Shown piece by piece: positions 1 to 9,985 of a DNA stretch of 64,000 bases. The position numbers were made by a program, and so were the translations under genes. The notes below the pieces were generated by a model that was not told where the DNA came from, made no database searches, and was given only the letters and a program-made list of their open reading frames with translations. Source of the stretch: Vicinamibacteria bacterium (GTDB taxonomy: Bacteria; Acidobacteriota; Vicinamibacteria; Vicinamibacterales; UBA8438). Positions within the stretch are counted from its first letter, which is position 1, and every line of letters begins with the position of its first letter. The stretch lies in NCBI GenBank assembly GCA_022820675.1, contig JAJEFC010000346.1, forward strand, positions 3,387-67,386, given 5' to 3'.

Positions 1-434
1 GTTAGACCGGTGTTGGATGGTCCGGTTTCTGATAAGTAAGTCATTTATTTTAAGTCATTTAAGGGCTAATATTATGCCTCCTGGAAGCTCCTCTCCACCG
101 TTCGACCAGGAGCTTGCGCCGTAGGACGGCGCGGCTTTCCGTAGGGTTGGTAGGGCGCCGAGCGGAGCCGCAGGCGACGAGGGGCGGGCGAGGCCGCGAC
201 CGTCGTCGTCACTGCCATCCTCGCACTGCGCCGCCCCGACCGTCCGGCGTTCGCGCGAGACGCTCGGCGGAGGCATGTCCCACGAGAACGTCCCGGCGCC
301 CCGTCGACTGCGTGCTGCGGGATGCGAAGAAGCGCCGGCACGATAATCTACGCGCCCGGATATCATCGGTGCGTCCGAATACTCACGCCCGCGGATGGCG
401 GGCGATTCCCGGAACCGCGAAGGAGTCCTGAACG

Positions 435-1238
435 ATGTCGACGAGAACCCGCGCAACGCTCCTGTTCGTCGTGGCCGTGCTCTGCCTCTCCGGCCTCCCG
501 TTCGGTGGATCGGTCACGACCGCCGCCGCCCAGCAGGCCGAGGTCCCCGCCGTGCCGAGCCCCGATCTGTACGCCGGCTCCCCCTATCTCCGCGAGCTGC
601 GGAACTCGCTGGTCTACGGCGAGGTCTGGGAGCGACCCTACCTGTCGAAGCGCGACCGCAGCCTCATCACCATCGCCGTCCTCCAGGCCCTGGCCCGGGA
701 GGAGCTGGCGATCCACATCCCCCGCGGGCTCGACAACGGGCTGACGCCGGAGGAGATCTCCGAGATCATCCTGCACGTGACCTTCTACGCGGGCTGGCCG
801 ACCGGGGTGCAGGCGTCGCTGACCGCGGCCGAGGCGTTCGAGGCGCGGGGCTTGACCCTCGGCGACCTGCCGCGGGCCCCCGCGCTCGAGGCCGAGGTCA
901 CCACCCCGGGCGGCCTCAGCGACGCCTACGCGGCGGTGCCGCGGCTGGGGGCGCTGCGCAACAGCCTGCTCTACGGCGACATCTGGGAGCGGCCGCTGCT
1001 CTCGAAGCGCGACCGCAGCCTCATCACGGTGGCCGTCAACCAGGCCCTCTACGTCACCAACGAGCTGCGCCTGCACATCGACCGGGCCCTCGACCAGAAC
1101 GGCGTCGAGCCGCAGGAGCTCTCCGAGGTGGTGCTGCACGTCACCTTCTACGCGGGCTGGCCGGCCGCCGTGAACGCGGGCCGGTTGCTCACCGCCGCCT
1201 TCGAGGCGCGCGGCGTGGCCCTGGTCGAGCTGCGGTAG
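435..1238 (+). CDS. carboxymuconolactone decarboxylase (CMD/AhpD-like) family protein, two tandem CMD domains, N-terminal signal peptide
   Basis: ATG at 435. The translation shows an internal duplication: LRNSLVYGEVWERPYLSKRDRSLITIAV versus LRNSLLYGDIWERPLLSKRDRSLITVAV, and HVTFYAGWP occurs twice. These motifs are typical of the CMD family. The hydrophobic N-terminus ends in TTAAAQQ. Confidence 0.8.
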   Translation: MSTRTRATLLFVVAVLCLSGLPFGGSVTTAAAQQAEVPAVPSPDLYAGSPYLRELRNSLVYGEVWERPYLSKRDRSLITIAVLQALAREELAIHIPRGLDNGLTPEEISEIILHVTFYAGWPTGVQASLTAAEAFEARGLTLGDLPRAPALEAEVTTPGGLSDAYAAVPRLGALRNSLLYGDIWERPLLSKRDRSLITVAVNQALYVTNELRLHIDRALDQNGVEPQELSEVVLHVTFYAGWPAAVNAGRLLTAAFEARGVALVELR

Positions 1239-1247
1239 TGATCGCGG

Positions 1248-2138
1248 TCAGGGCAACGGCACGCACAGGAGGTCTTCCCCCACCGTGACCGGCCCTCCGT
1301 AGGCGGCGCGTAGATGGGCGAGGCTGTCCGCGAGGACCTGCGGCGAAGAGGTGGAGACGTGAGAGGCGACCACCCGGCCGGCGCCGGCGTCCGCGGCCAG
1401 CGCGCCCCAGACGCTCGGCCGGGCATGCAGCTCGGCCGAGCGTCCCGTCGACGTCTCGGCGCCGCCGAGGTGCACCACCAGCACGTCCACGTCGCGCACG
1501 AGCTCGACGAAGGCGGCATCCGAACCGTTCTGGTCGCTGCTGAACCCCACGCTGACGTCCCCCACGTCCACCCGGTACCCCACGGTGGGGACATCCGCGT
1601 GCGGCACCCCGATGCCGCGTACCCGGACGTCTCCGTCGCGCCAGACCTCGGCCGGCGCGCCGGCTGCCACGTCCACCGTGACCGCATCCAGGTCGAGGCG
1701 GCCGGCGAGGACCCGGAAGATCCCGCCCGGCCCGAAGAGCCCGTCCAGCCAGTCGTCCAGCGACGGGAACGCGCTGCTCCCGGATGGGCCGGCCACCCGC
1801 AACCCGCCCCCGCCGGGCCACAGCAGCGCCGGGACCTCGGCCGAATGGTCGGGATGGAAGTGACTGAGCGCCAGCAGCCCCACGTCTTCGAGATCGGCGC
1901 CGGACGCATGGAAGCGCTGCTTGATGCCGCCGCCGGCGTCGACGAGGATGCGGCTGACCCCGTCGACCCAGACGAGGTAGCCGGCCGAGGCCCGTCCCGA
2001 AGACGCGCCCGGCCCTCCCGAGCCCAGGATCTGAAGCTGCACGCCTGTCTCTCCGCAGGCCGCCGGCGCCGGCCTGGCCGCCAGGAGAAGACCGAGGGCC
2101 GCGACCACCACCGGGAGGAATACGTTGCGTGTCACCAT
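1248..2138 (-). CDS. MBL-fold metallo-hydrolase, secreted
   Basis: ATG at 2138, preceded by GAGGAGG plus a 5-nt spacer. HxHxDH motif present (SHFHPDHS). Signal-peptide-like N-terminus (VVVAALGLLLAARPAPAAC). Confidence 0.8.
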   Translation of the reverse strand: MVTRNVFLPVVVAALGLLLAARPAPAACGETGVQLQILGSGGPGASSGRASAGYLVWVDGVSRILVDAGGGIKQRFHASGADLEDVGLLALSHFHPDHSAEVPALLWPGGGGLRVAGPSGSSAFPSLDDWLDGLFGPGGIFRVLAGRLDLDAVTVDVAAGAPAEVWRDGDVRVRGIGVPHADVPTVGYRVDVGDVSVGFSSDQNGSDAAFVELVRDVDVLVVHLGGAETSTGRSAELHARPSVWGALAADAGAGRVVASHVSTSSPQVLADSLAHLRAAYGGPVTVGEDLLCVPLP

Positions 2139-2148
2139 CGGAACCTCC

Positions 2149-3645
2149 TCACGCCACCGTCAGCTCGACGAGCCGGTGGGCCGGGTCGGTCCGGTCGAGG
2201 CCGCGGCAGGCCGCGATGATCTCCTCGAACCGCGTGGCGGGGACGGGGACGCCCGGAACGACGTCGCGAATGCGCCGCGCCTCCTCCTCGAAGTCCCAGA
2301 TGAACTCGCGGCCCGTGGCCTGTCTGGTGTAGCTGAGCCCGTCCCTCGTGAAGACGGTGATGCGCGGGCCGAAGAGGGTCATCTCGTGGGACGGGATGAT
2401 CGTCACCCGCCGCATGAGGTCGAGCACCTCCGGCGGGTCGGGCGCCCCCGCCAGCAGGGGGAAGCCGCGCCGCACGACCCCGTAGGCCGAGTAGTACCGC
2501 GTGCTGCCCACGGTGGCTTCGCCGAGGTCCTCCCGCCGCGTGGGGAAGGCGGGGCTCGGGTACTGCGTCTCCAGCCAGTTCACCACCGCCTCGACCCGAT
2601 CGACGTCCTCGTAGGTGATGCCGTGCTCCCCGCAGAGCTGCGCGGTGACGTCGACGTGGGCGATGTTGTAGCCGGCCGTGGAGTAGATGCGGTAGAGGGT
2701 CTCGAGGAACAGCCATTCCTCGCCGAGCCCGGTGGTCAGCGCGTCCAGGCTGGCGCGGGTGTCGCCGGTGAAGCTGTAGGTCAGGTCGCCCCGGTTGTTG
2801 CCGGCGTAGGCGTGGTAGAAGCCGGCGTCGCCCTCGAGGGCGGCCTCGCCCGCCTCGCGGCCCTGCCGCGCCAGCGCCACCGCGAGCATGGCGTTGCGGG
2901 CGGCGGCGCTCTCCCTGAGGCCGCGGGCCTCGAGGTTGCTCCCGGCGAGGTTGGCGCAGAGGCCGATGGCGTTCGTCGTCTGGTCCTCGGAGAGGCGCAT
3001 GATCTTCGCGGCGGCGACGGCGGCCCCGAAGATGCCGAAGACGGGGCCGGCGTGGAAGCCGCGCGCCATCATCGTCGGGATGAACTCGGCGGCCATCCGC
3101 TCCATCACCTCGTAGCCGGCCACGAGGCCGGTGACGAAGTCGCGCCCGGAGGCGTCCTCGGCCTGTGCCGCCGCGAACGCGCAGGGGACGATGCACGTGC
3201 CCGGGTGCAGGAGCATGCGGAACGTGTCCCACTTGCCGCCGGCCAGGATCAGCTCGGCGTTGGCGAAGACCGCGCCCGCCTTCGTGGCCCTCGCGCCGTC
3301 CACCATGACAGTGACGCCGGCCGGCGCGCCGCCCTCTTCCCGGGTGACGAGCTCGACGGCCTGCCGGCCCGCGGGCAGTTGCGAGCCGAGGAGCGCCGAC
3401 GCGAGGGCCTGGAGCGTGAGTCCCCTGGCGCGGTCGACCACCTCCGGGGGCAGGTCCTCGTAGCGCAGGCCGACGACCCACCGCGCGAACTCCCGGCTGA
3501 GCGAGACGGCCGGGTCGGTTCGAGAAGCGCGGCCCGGCTGCCTCGCCCGCGCGGCCGGGGTGAACGGCGTCGCGACCCCCGTCCCGATCACGCCGGCCGC
3601 GAACGCGCTCTGCAACAGGCTCCGCCGAGTCAGTCCAGCTCTCAT
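2149..3645 (-). CDS. MmgE/PrpD family protein (2-methylcitrate dehydratase-like) with twin-arginine signal
   Basis: Full-length 498-aa ORF with family-typical blocks: GRQAVELV, AFANAELI, HAGPVFGIFGAAVAAAKI and YSTAGYNIAHVD. The N-terminus MRAGLTRRSLLQSAFAAGVIG is Tat-like. Confidence 0.85.
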   Translation of the reverse strand: MRAGLTRRSLLQSAFAAGVIGTGVATPFTPAARARQPGRASRTDPAVSLSREFARWVVGLRYEDLPPEVVDRARGLTLQALASALLGSQLPAGRQAVELVTREEGGAPAGVTVMVDGARATKAGAVFANAELILAGGKWDTFRMLLHPGTCIVPCAFAAAQAEDASGRDFVTGLVAGYEVMERMAAEFIPTMMARGFHAGPVFGIFGAAVAAAKIMRLSEDQTTNAIGLCANLAGSNLEARGLRESAAARNAMLAVALARQGREAGEAALEGDAGFYHAYAGNNRGDLTYSFTGDTRASLDALTTGLGEEWLFLETLYRIYSTAGYNIAHVDVTAQLCGEHGITYEDVDRVEAVVNWLETQYPSPAFPTRREDLGEATVGSTRYYSAYGVVRRGFPLLAGAPDPPEVLDLMRRVTIIPSHEMTLFGPRITVFTRDGLSYTRQATGREFIWDFEEEARRIRDVVPGVPVPATRFEEIIAACRGLDRTDPAHRLVELTVA

Positions 3646-4040
3646 GGTGACGGTTCTCCAGGGACGCTGCCGGAATCACGTTGCCACGCGCGCCAAGCGC
3701 AGAAAGCCGCAGAAACTGGCGCGCGGGCGAAGTTGGCAACTCTCGTTTCGATCATCGTCCCCCAAGCGCTCGAGATCGAGGGGGTTGCCGGCCGCGAGCC
3801 CGTGAAACCCCGCGTGTCGGAGTCTGTGGTGGAACCCCACGCGGCGGGATGCAACGCTGCCTGAACGCGGCGGGGACTCTTGCCACGGCTCCCGGGTCCC
3901 GCCGAGTCGGTCCGGCTCTCCAGGTGGCAGGGACGCTACCACCGGCGGGATTCCGCAATCAAGCGGTTGCAGACTTTCCCGCGATTTGCCGGGTCGTGCA
4001 TGTAGACTACGGGCATTCCGACCGAACAGGGGGTGGCGAG

Positions 4041-6239
4041 ATGATGTCTGCGAGCTGTTTCCTCCGGCGTCCGGCGGCAACCGCGGCGGCGGCTCTGGTC
4101 CTTGCGGTCGGTCTCACCGATCGTGATGCCCTCGCCGCCGGCCAGCCCGCTCGGGACGGCGTCCACACCGCGAGTCAGGCCGAGAACGGCCGCGCCGTCT
4201 ACACGCGGAGCTGCGCCATCTGTCACCGCACCGACCTGCGGGGCAACTTCGAGTCCCCGCCGCTGGCCGGCCCCAACTTCCTGAGCTTCTGGGGAGATCT
4301 CACCCCGGGCGAGCTCGTCGAGCGCATCCGGACCACGATGCCCCCCGACCGGCCGGGCCGCCTCGGGGACGAGACCTATCTCGACATCGTCGCGTACCTG
4401 CTCGAGGCGAATGGCGCGCCGGCCGGGGACCAGGCGCTGACGGCGGCCACCGCCGTCCCCATCGGCGACGTGGCGACCGGAGAGACGGCCCCCGCGCCGG
4501 CGATAACGGCAGCGGCCCAGGGCCGGGCGCGGCGGCCCGACACGCGCACGGCGGCGGCGGCCGTGCCGGGGGGCGTGACGGTTGCGGGCGAGGTGGAGAG
4601 CTACACGCCGGTCACCGACGAGATGTTGCGCGATCCGGATCCGGGCGACTGGCTGATGGTGCGGCGGAACTACCAGGCCTGGAGCCACAGCCCCCTCGAC
4701 GCGATCACCCGCGACAACGTCGGCGAGCTCGAGCTGCAGTGGATGTGGGCCATGAACGAGGGGGGCCGGAACGCGCCTTCGCCGATCGCGCACGACGGCG
4801 TGCTCTACTTCGCCGGCTTCGGCCCGGTGGTGCAGGCGCTCGACGCCCGCACCGGCGACCTGATCTGGGAGCACGAGGTTGGGGTCGAGGCGGGCCAGCT
4901 CGCCAGCTCGAGCCGCAACCTCGCCATCTACGAGGACAAGCTCTTCCTGGCCACCGCCGACGCACGGCTGCTCGCGCTCGACGCGCGCACCGGGGCCGAG
5001 GTCTGGACCACCCGCATCGCCGACGACGCCGAGGGCTTCCGCAACACCAGCGGGCCGGTCATCGCCGGCGGCACGATCGTGCAGGGGCTCGGCGGCTGCG
5101 GGCAGTTCACCCGCGAGGGCTGCTTCATCAGCGGCTACGACGCCGCGACCGGCGAGCGGCGCTGGCGGTTCAACACCGTGGCCCGCGCGGACGAGCCCGG
5201 CGGCAACACCTGGGCGAACCTGCCCGACTACCTGCGCGGGGGCGGCGAGACCTGGATAACCGGCAGCTACGACCCCGAGCTCGACCTCGTCTACTTCGGC
5301 GTCGCGCAGGCCAAGCCGTGGGTCGCGGTGAGCCGGGGCATGACCGTGCACGACCCCGCCCTCTACACCAGCTCGACCGTCGCCCTGCGGCCGGGAGACG
5401 GCGACCTCGCCTGGCACTTCCAGCACGTCCCCGGCGAGAGCCTCGACCTCGACGAGGTCTTCGAGCGGGTGCTCGTCGACCTCGAGGACCGCCGCGTCGT
5501 CTTCAGCGCCGGCAAGCACGGCATCCTCTGGAAGCTGGACCGCGAGACCGGGGAGTTCCTCGGCCACAAGGAGACCGTCTTCCAGAACGTCTTCGACCGC
5601 ATCGACCCCGAGACCGGCGCCGTCACCTACCGCCAGGACATCGTCGACGCGCAGTTCGAGCAGCTCGTGCCGGCGTGCCCCAGCACCGCCGGCGGCAAGA
5701 ACTGGCACCCGATGAGCTACCACCCCGGCTCGGGGCTGCTCATCCTCCCGCTCTCGCAGACCTGCATGGAGCTGTCGGCGCGCGAGGTCGCCCTGGAGCC
5801 CGGCTCGGGCGGCGTGGGCATGAGCGCCCGCCCCTTCTTCGAGATGCCCGACACCGAGGGCCGGCTCGGCAAGCTCGCGGCGTTCGACGCCGAGACCCTG
5901 GAGGAGGTTTGGAGCGTCGAGCAGCGGGCGCCGTTCCTGACCGGCGTGCTGTCGACGGCCGGGGACCTCGCCTTCGCCGGCGACCTCGACCGGCGTTTCC
6001 GGGCGTTCGACGTGCGGACCGGCGAGGTGCTGTGGCGGGCCCGGCTCGGCACGTCGGTGCAGGGCTTCCCGATCTCGTTCGCGGTCGACGGCCGGCAGTA
6101 CGTCGCGGTGTCGACCGGCCTCGGCGGCGGCAGCCCCCGGGCGGCCCCCCGCGCCCTGGCCCCCGACATCCACCACCCGCAGACCGGCAACGCTCTGTAC
6201 GTGTTCGCACTCCCGGAAACGAGCGGCGGCGCGCAGTAG
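4041..6239 (+). CDS. PQQ-dependent dehydrogenase (quinoprotein, methanol/ethanol family-like) with N-terminal cytochrome c domain
   Basis: In-frame ATG ATG at 4041, followed by a signal peptide ([10 protein letters not shown]). CxxCH haem motif (SCAICH). PQQ-propeller blocks [30 protein letters not shown] and YVFALPE. The 852-aa track ORF starts at an upstream TTG that I consider too early. Confidence 0.85.
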   Translation: MMSASCFLRRPAATAAAALVLAVGLTDRDALAAGQPARDGVHTASQAENGRAVYTRSCAICHRTDLRGNFESPPLAGPNFLSFWGDLTPGELVERIRTTMPPDRPGRLGDETYLDIVAYLLEANGAPAGDQALTAATAVPIGDVATGETAPAPAITAAAQGRARRPDTRTAAAAVPGGVTVAGEVESYTPVTDEMLRDPDPGDWLMVRRNYQAWSHSPLDAITRDNVGELELQWMWAMNEGGRNAPSPIAHDGVLYFAGFGPVVQALDARTGDLIWEHEVGVEAGQLASSSRNLAIYEDKLFLATADARLLALDARTGAEVWTTRIADDAEGFRNTSGPVIAGGTIVQGLGGCGQFTREGCFISGYDAATGERRWRFNTVARADEPGGNTWANLPDYLRGGGETWITGSYDPELDLVYFGVAQAKPWVAVSRGMTVHDPALYTSSTVALRPGDGDLAWHFQHVPGESLDLDEVFERVLVDLEDRRVVFSAGKHGILWKLDRETGEFLGHKETVFQNVFDRIDPETGAVTYRQDIVDAQFEQLVPACPSTAGGKNWHPMSYHPGSGLLILPLSQTCMELSAREVALEPGSGGVGMSARPFFEMPDTEGRLGKLAAFDAETLEEVWSVEQRAPFLTGVLSTAGDLAFAGDLDRRFRAFDVRTGEVLWRARLGTSVQGFPISFAVDGRQYVAVSTGLGGGSPRAAPRALAPDIHHPQTGNALYVFALPETSGGAQ

Positions 6240-6362
6240 GACCAGCAGGGCCTGCCGGGTCGTGCGTTGCCGATTCGTCTCGTGCCGGTCGAGCCGGCCC
6301 AGCCGCCGGCCTGAAGTTGTCTGCGTCGGCACTTCCGGGGGCAGACGTAACAGGAGGTTCCC

Positions 6363-7331
6363 ATGTCGCTCGCATCCCGTCACCGCCTTGCCAAGCCGTT
6401 TCCCACGGCGGGTATCGTCATCGTCGCCCTGTTCATGTCCGTTCCGTCTGCCCAGGAGCCCTACCTCCACCTGAACCCCGTGATCGAGAAGCTGGAGCAG
6501 GGCCGGCACGTGTTCGGGGTGAGCACCGCCGACCTGTCGCTGCAGAACGCGCGGTCGCTGGCCGGCGATCCGAGCATCGACTACGTGTACGTCGACATGG
6601 AGCACAACCCGTTGCGGTTCGAGCAACTCGAGCAGTTCGTGGCGTTCCTCGTCGCCAGCGACAAGGCCGGCATCGTCGAGCGGGGCAACGCCCAGGCGCG
6701 TCCGCCGGTGTTCGCGCGCTTTCCGCCCTACGGCCGCGAGCAGACGCAGTGGATCGTCAAGCACGCCCTTGACATCGGGCTGATGGGCATCCTCATCAAC
6801 AACATCGAGACGGCCGAGCAGGCCGAGAACATCGTGCGGACGATCCGGCCGCGGCAGCTCCGAACGTCGGCCATTCCGGACCCGCCGGGCGTGCGGGGGA
6901 CCGTGCAGTGCCCGTTCTGGGGCATCGGCCGCGCCGAGTGCCGGCGTCGCGCCGACCTCTGGCCCCTCAATCCGCAGGGCGACCTGCTGTTCTGGGCGAT
7001 GATCGAGACGCGCGAGGGCGTGGAGAACGCCGACGCCATCGCGCAGGTGCCCGGCGTCGGGGGCTTCTACCTCGGGGCGGGCGGCGACCTCAGCTCGTCC
7101 TACGGGGCCGAGAGCGCGGACGATCCCGAGGTCGCGGCCGCTTTCGAGCACCTCCTGGCCGTCTGCCGGACGCACGATCTCGCCTGCGGAGGGACCGTCA
7201 CCCCGGCCAACGCCGCCCTCCGCATGGAGCAGGGCTACCGGATCTTCAACTTCGGCGGCGCGAACGGCGGCCTGACCGCGGTGAACGGGGCGGCGCGCGA
7301 CGCGGTCATCGCGGCGGGGGCGCGACGTTGA
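6363..7331 (+). CDS. HpcH/HpaI aldolase/citrate-lyase family protein with N-terminal hydrophobic signal/anchor
   Basis: ATG at 6363 with AGGAGG 6 nt upstream. DYVYVDMEHNP and WAMIETREGVENADAIAQVPGVGGFYLG are typical of HpcH/HpaI-type aldolases. The N-terminus TAGIVIVALFMSVPSAQE looks like a signal peptide. Confidence 0.75.
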   Translation: MSLASRHRLAKPFPTAGIVIVALFMSVPSAQEPYLHLNPVIEKLEQGRHVFGVSTADLSLQNARSLAGDPSIDYVYVDMEHNPLRFEQLEQFVAFLVASDKAGIVERGNAQARPPVFARFPPYGREQTQWIVKHALDIGLMGILINNIETAEQAENIVRTIRPRQLRTSAIPDPPGVRGTVQCPFWGIGRAECRRRADLWPLNPQGDLLFWAMIETREGVENADAIAQVPGVGGFYLGAGGDLSSSYGAESADDPEVAAAFEHLLAVCRTHDLACGGTVTPANAALRMEQGYRIFNFGGANGGLTAVNGAARDAVIAAGARR

Positions 7332-7612
7332 GGGCGGCTGCCACACGCCCGTGGTGAAGTCCTGCGTTGCACCGTGCCCGCGGGGCGACAGCGGACGCCG
7401 CGGCGCCAGCGGGCCAAAAGCGCCCGGAGTCCGCGAGGGTGGGGGAGCGCACATCCTGGCATTCGTAACCGGCGAGCAACGGAGTCGGCCGGGGTGAATG
7501 ACCACCGATACGCGGTGGCGATTCTTGCGCCGGGCTCCCTGGACCGCCGACTCGATGGCCGCGCATCGCCACTCGGTGGCCACGCATCACGTCAGGAAGG
7601 GAACCAACGGCC

Positions 7613-9337
7613 ATGATCCGCGCAACGCTCGCTCTGCTGCTCTCGATGCTGCTGTCCGGGACGCTCGCTCCCGCCGCCCGCGCCCAGGTGACGGACTTCG
7701 AGCCCGTCACGACCGAGGAGCTCCTGGCCCCGGACGACGGTGACTGGATCAACTGGCGCCGGACACTGAACGGGCAGGGCTACAGCCCGCTCGACCAGAT
7801 CGACCGGGACAACGTGGGCGACCTCCAGCTCGTCTGGTCGTGGGCGATGCAGCCGGGCACGGACGAGGTCACGCCGCTGGTGCGCGATGGCGTGATGTTC
7901 GTTCCCAGCCGCAGCGGCGTGCAGGCGCTCGACGCCGCCACCGGCGACCTCCTCTGGGAGCACTCGCGCCGGCAGGCGGTTCCCGAGGACGAGAGCCTGC
8001 CCATCAACCGCCGCCCCGGCATGGCGCGGCGCAGCATCGCCATCTACGGCGACCGGATCTTCGCGGGCACGAGCCGGGCCGAGCTGATCGCCCTCGACGC
8101 GCGGACGGGCGAGCTCGTCTGGCAGCACCAGGTGGCCGACAGCAGCCTCGGCTACCGATACACCAGCGGTCCGATCGTCGTGCGGGGCAAGGTCGTCGCG
8201 GGGATGACGGGGTGCGAGCGGTACAAGAACGACGTCTGCTTCATCTCCGCCCACGACCCCGACACCGGGGCCGAGCTGTGGCGCACGTCGACCGTCGCCC
8301 GCCCCGGAACTCCGGGCGGCGACACCTGGGGCGACCTGCCGCTGAGCTGGCGCGCCGGCGCCGACGCCTGGATTCCGGGCAGCTACGACCCCGGGACCGA
8401 CCTGATCTACTGGTCCACCGCCCAGGCCAAGCCGTGGGCCATCGTGCAGCGCGGCACCGAGGGCGCGGCGCTGTACACCAACTCGACGCTGGCCCTGGAT
8501 CCCGAGACCGGCGAGATCCGCTGGTACTTCCAGCACATCCCGGCCGAGACCCACGACCTGGACGAAGTGTTCGAGATCGTCCTCGTCGACCGGGGCGACG
8601 GGCTCTCGCTCTTCAAGATGGGCAAGATCGGCGTCCTGTGGGAGCTCGATCCGCGCACCGGGGCGTTTCGGAACGCGTTCGACCTGGGCTACCAGAACAT
8701 CGTCGACATCCACCCGGTGAGCGGACAGGGCATCCTGATCCCCGAGCGCATCCCCCAGATCGACGTGCCGGTGGACTACTGCCCGGGTCCCGGCGGCCTG
8801 AAGAACCTCTGGGCCATGGCGTATCACCCCGAGACCGAGGCGTTCTACGTCCCGCTGACGCCGGGCTGCGCGCACTCCGTCTTCGGTGCGATGCCCGAGC
8901 CCGAGCTGGGCGGCGGCGGGGTCGGCCCGAACGACCGCCGCTTCGTCGTCCATCCCGACAGCCCCGAGCAGTTGGGCGACTTCGTGGCCATGGACAGCCG
9001 CACCGGCGAGCTGCTGTGGCGCCGGCGCAGCCAGTGGCAGTACGGGACGGCGGTCCTCACCACCGGCGGCGGGCTGGTGTTCGTCGGCGACATCGACCGC
9101 TACATGTACGCCTTCGATGCCCGCGACGGCACCGAGCTGTGGCGCACGCGCACGCCGACCGCGACCGACGGCTTCCCCATCACCTACGCGGTCGACGGCC
9201 GCCAGTACCTCGCGGTGCCGTCCGGCCCCGGCTGGAGCATCTCGTGGCGGAACGCGCGGCTGGCGTTCCCCGAGACCATGCAGCGCCCGCCGGGGACCGG
9301 GTCGGTCCTGCAGGTCGTCGCGCTTCCGGTGGACTGA
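7613..9337 (+). CDS. PQQ-dependent dehydrogenase (quinoprotein), secreted; paralogue of 4041..6239 without the cytochrome c domain
   Basis: Signal peptide MIRATLALLLSMLLSGTLAPAARAQ. The blocks DDGDWINWRRTLNGQGYSPLDQI, LQLVWSW and DGRQYLAVPSG parallel those of the upstream quinoprotein. Confidence 0.85.
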   Translation: MIRATLALLLSMLLSGTLAPAARAQVTDFEPVTTEELLAPDDGDWINWRRTLNGQGYSPLDQIDRDNVGDLQLVWSWAMQPGTDEVTPLVRDGVMFVPSRSGVQALDAATGDLLWEHSRRQAVPEDESLPINRRPGMARRSIAIYGDRIFAGTSRAELIALDARTGELVWQHQVADSSLGYRYTSGPIVVRGKVVAGMTGCERYKNDVCFISAHDPDTGAELWRTSTVARPGTPGGDTWGDLPLSWRAGADAWIPGSYDPGTDLIYWSTAQAKPWAIVQRGTEGAALYTNSTLALDPETGEIRWYFQHIPAETHDLDEVFEIVLVDRGDGLSLFKMGKIGVLWELDPRTGAFRNAFDLGYQNIVDIHPVSGQGILIPERIPQIDVPVDYCPGPGGLKNLWAMAYHPETEAFYVPLTPGCAHSVFGAMPEPELGGGGVGPNDRRFVVHPDSPEQLGDFVAMDSRTGELLWRRRSQWQYGTAVLTTGGGLVFVGDIDRYMYAFDARDGTELWRTRTPTATDGFPITYAVDGRQYLAVPSGPGWSISWRNARLAFPETMQRPPGTGSVLQVVALPVD

Positions 9338-9431
9338 AGTGTTCCCGGCGAGTTCGAGACTTGGACTGTGAGCGAATCTCATGTCCTGCTCGAAGTCCGC
9401 TGGAATGAGGTGGCCGCCGCCGGCCGTGCGG

Positions 9432-9602
9432 CATGTCGCGGCGGTTCGTCGTCAGGCGGATGAACCCCAAGATGCTCGGGTAGCACAGCCCCACCTCGGC
9501 GGTCGACGACAGCGTGTCGTCCCACCAGCGCCGTGCCTGGGCATGGAACGGACCCGTCTCGTCGACCGCGTAGAGGAGCAGGTTGACGTCCGGCAGCATC
9601 AT
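9432..9602 (-). pseudogene. vapC: truncated PIN-domain toxin (vapC remnant)
   Basis: The first ~55 codons (MMLPDVNLLLYAVDETGPFHAQARRWWDDTLSSTAEVGLCYPSILGFIRLTTN) look like a VapC/PIN N-terminus. The frame then becomes Arg/Pro-rich nonsense and runs into the 3' end of the quinoprotein gene. There is no room for a full ~130-aa PIN domain. Confidence 0.45.
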
Positions 9603-9868
9603 CCGCGGAGCCGGGCCTCCCGCTCCAGATGGGCGTCGGTCTCGATCTCGTCGACCAGTCGGTTGAGCCGCGCGGCGTCGAACCCGGGCCGCAGGTGGAG
9701 CTTGTGCGTCTTCGTGCGGTACTTCCTGGCCTCGAGGGGGCGTTGGTCGTGTCGCAGACCCTCGCGCAGCAGCCGGTTGATGACCTGCTTCAGCGACTGT
9801 CCGTCGCGGCGGCGCCGATCTTCGATCCGGACGGCGATGTCGTCGTCGATCGTCAACGTGGTTCGCAT
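9599..9868 (-). CDS. vapB: type II antitoxin, VapB-like (ribbon-helix-helix type)
   Basis: Internal ATG at 9868 gives MRTTLTIDDDIAVRIEDRRRRDGQSLKQVINRLLREGL, a classic antitoxin N-terminus. The stop overlaps the vapC remnant start by 4 nt. Confidence 0.7.
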   Translation of the reverse strand: MRTTLTIDDDIAVRIEDRRRRDGQSLKQVINRLLREGLRHDQRPLEARKYRTKTHKLHLRPGFDAARLNRLVDEIETDAHLEREARLRG

Positions 9869-9985
9869 CAACACATCATAATGCCCAGCCCGATGTCGAC
9901 GATGCATCCATTCGCAGAGGAATCTGGATGGTTCGACGACGGCCTGCGAGGCGACGCCGGCACGTGGGTAGCTCGCCATACGGCT

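Noticed and set aside
3936-7583. 1215-aa minus-strand ORF spanning the PQQ dehydrogenase and aldolase genes
   Set aside because: The translation is Arg/Gly/Ala/Pro-rich with no recognisable motifs. It lies antisense to two genes with clear family signatures and good SD/start contexts, so it is a typical high-GC shadow ORF.
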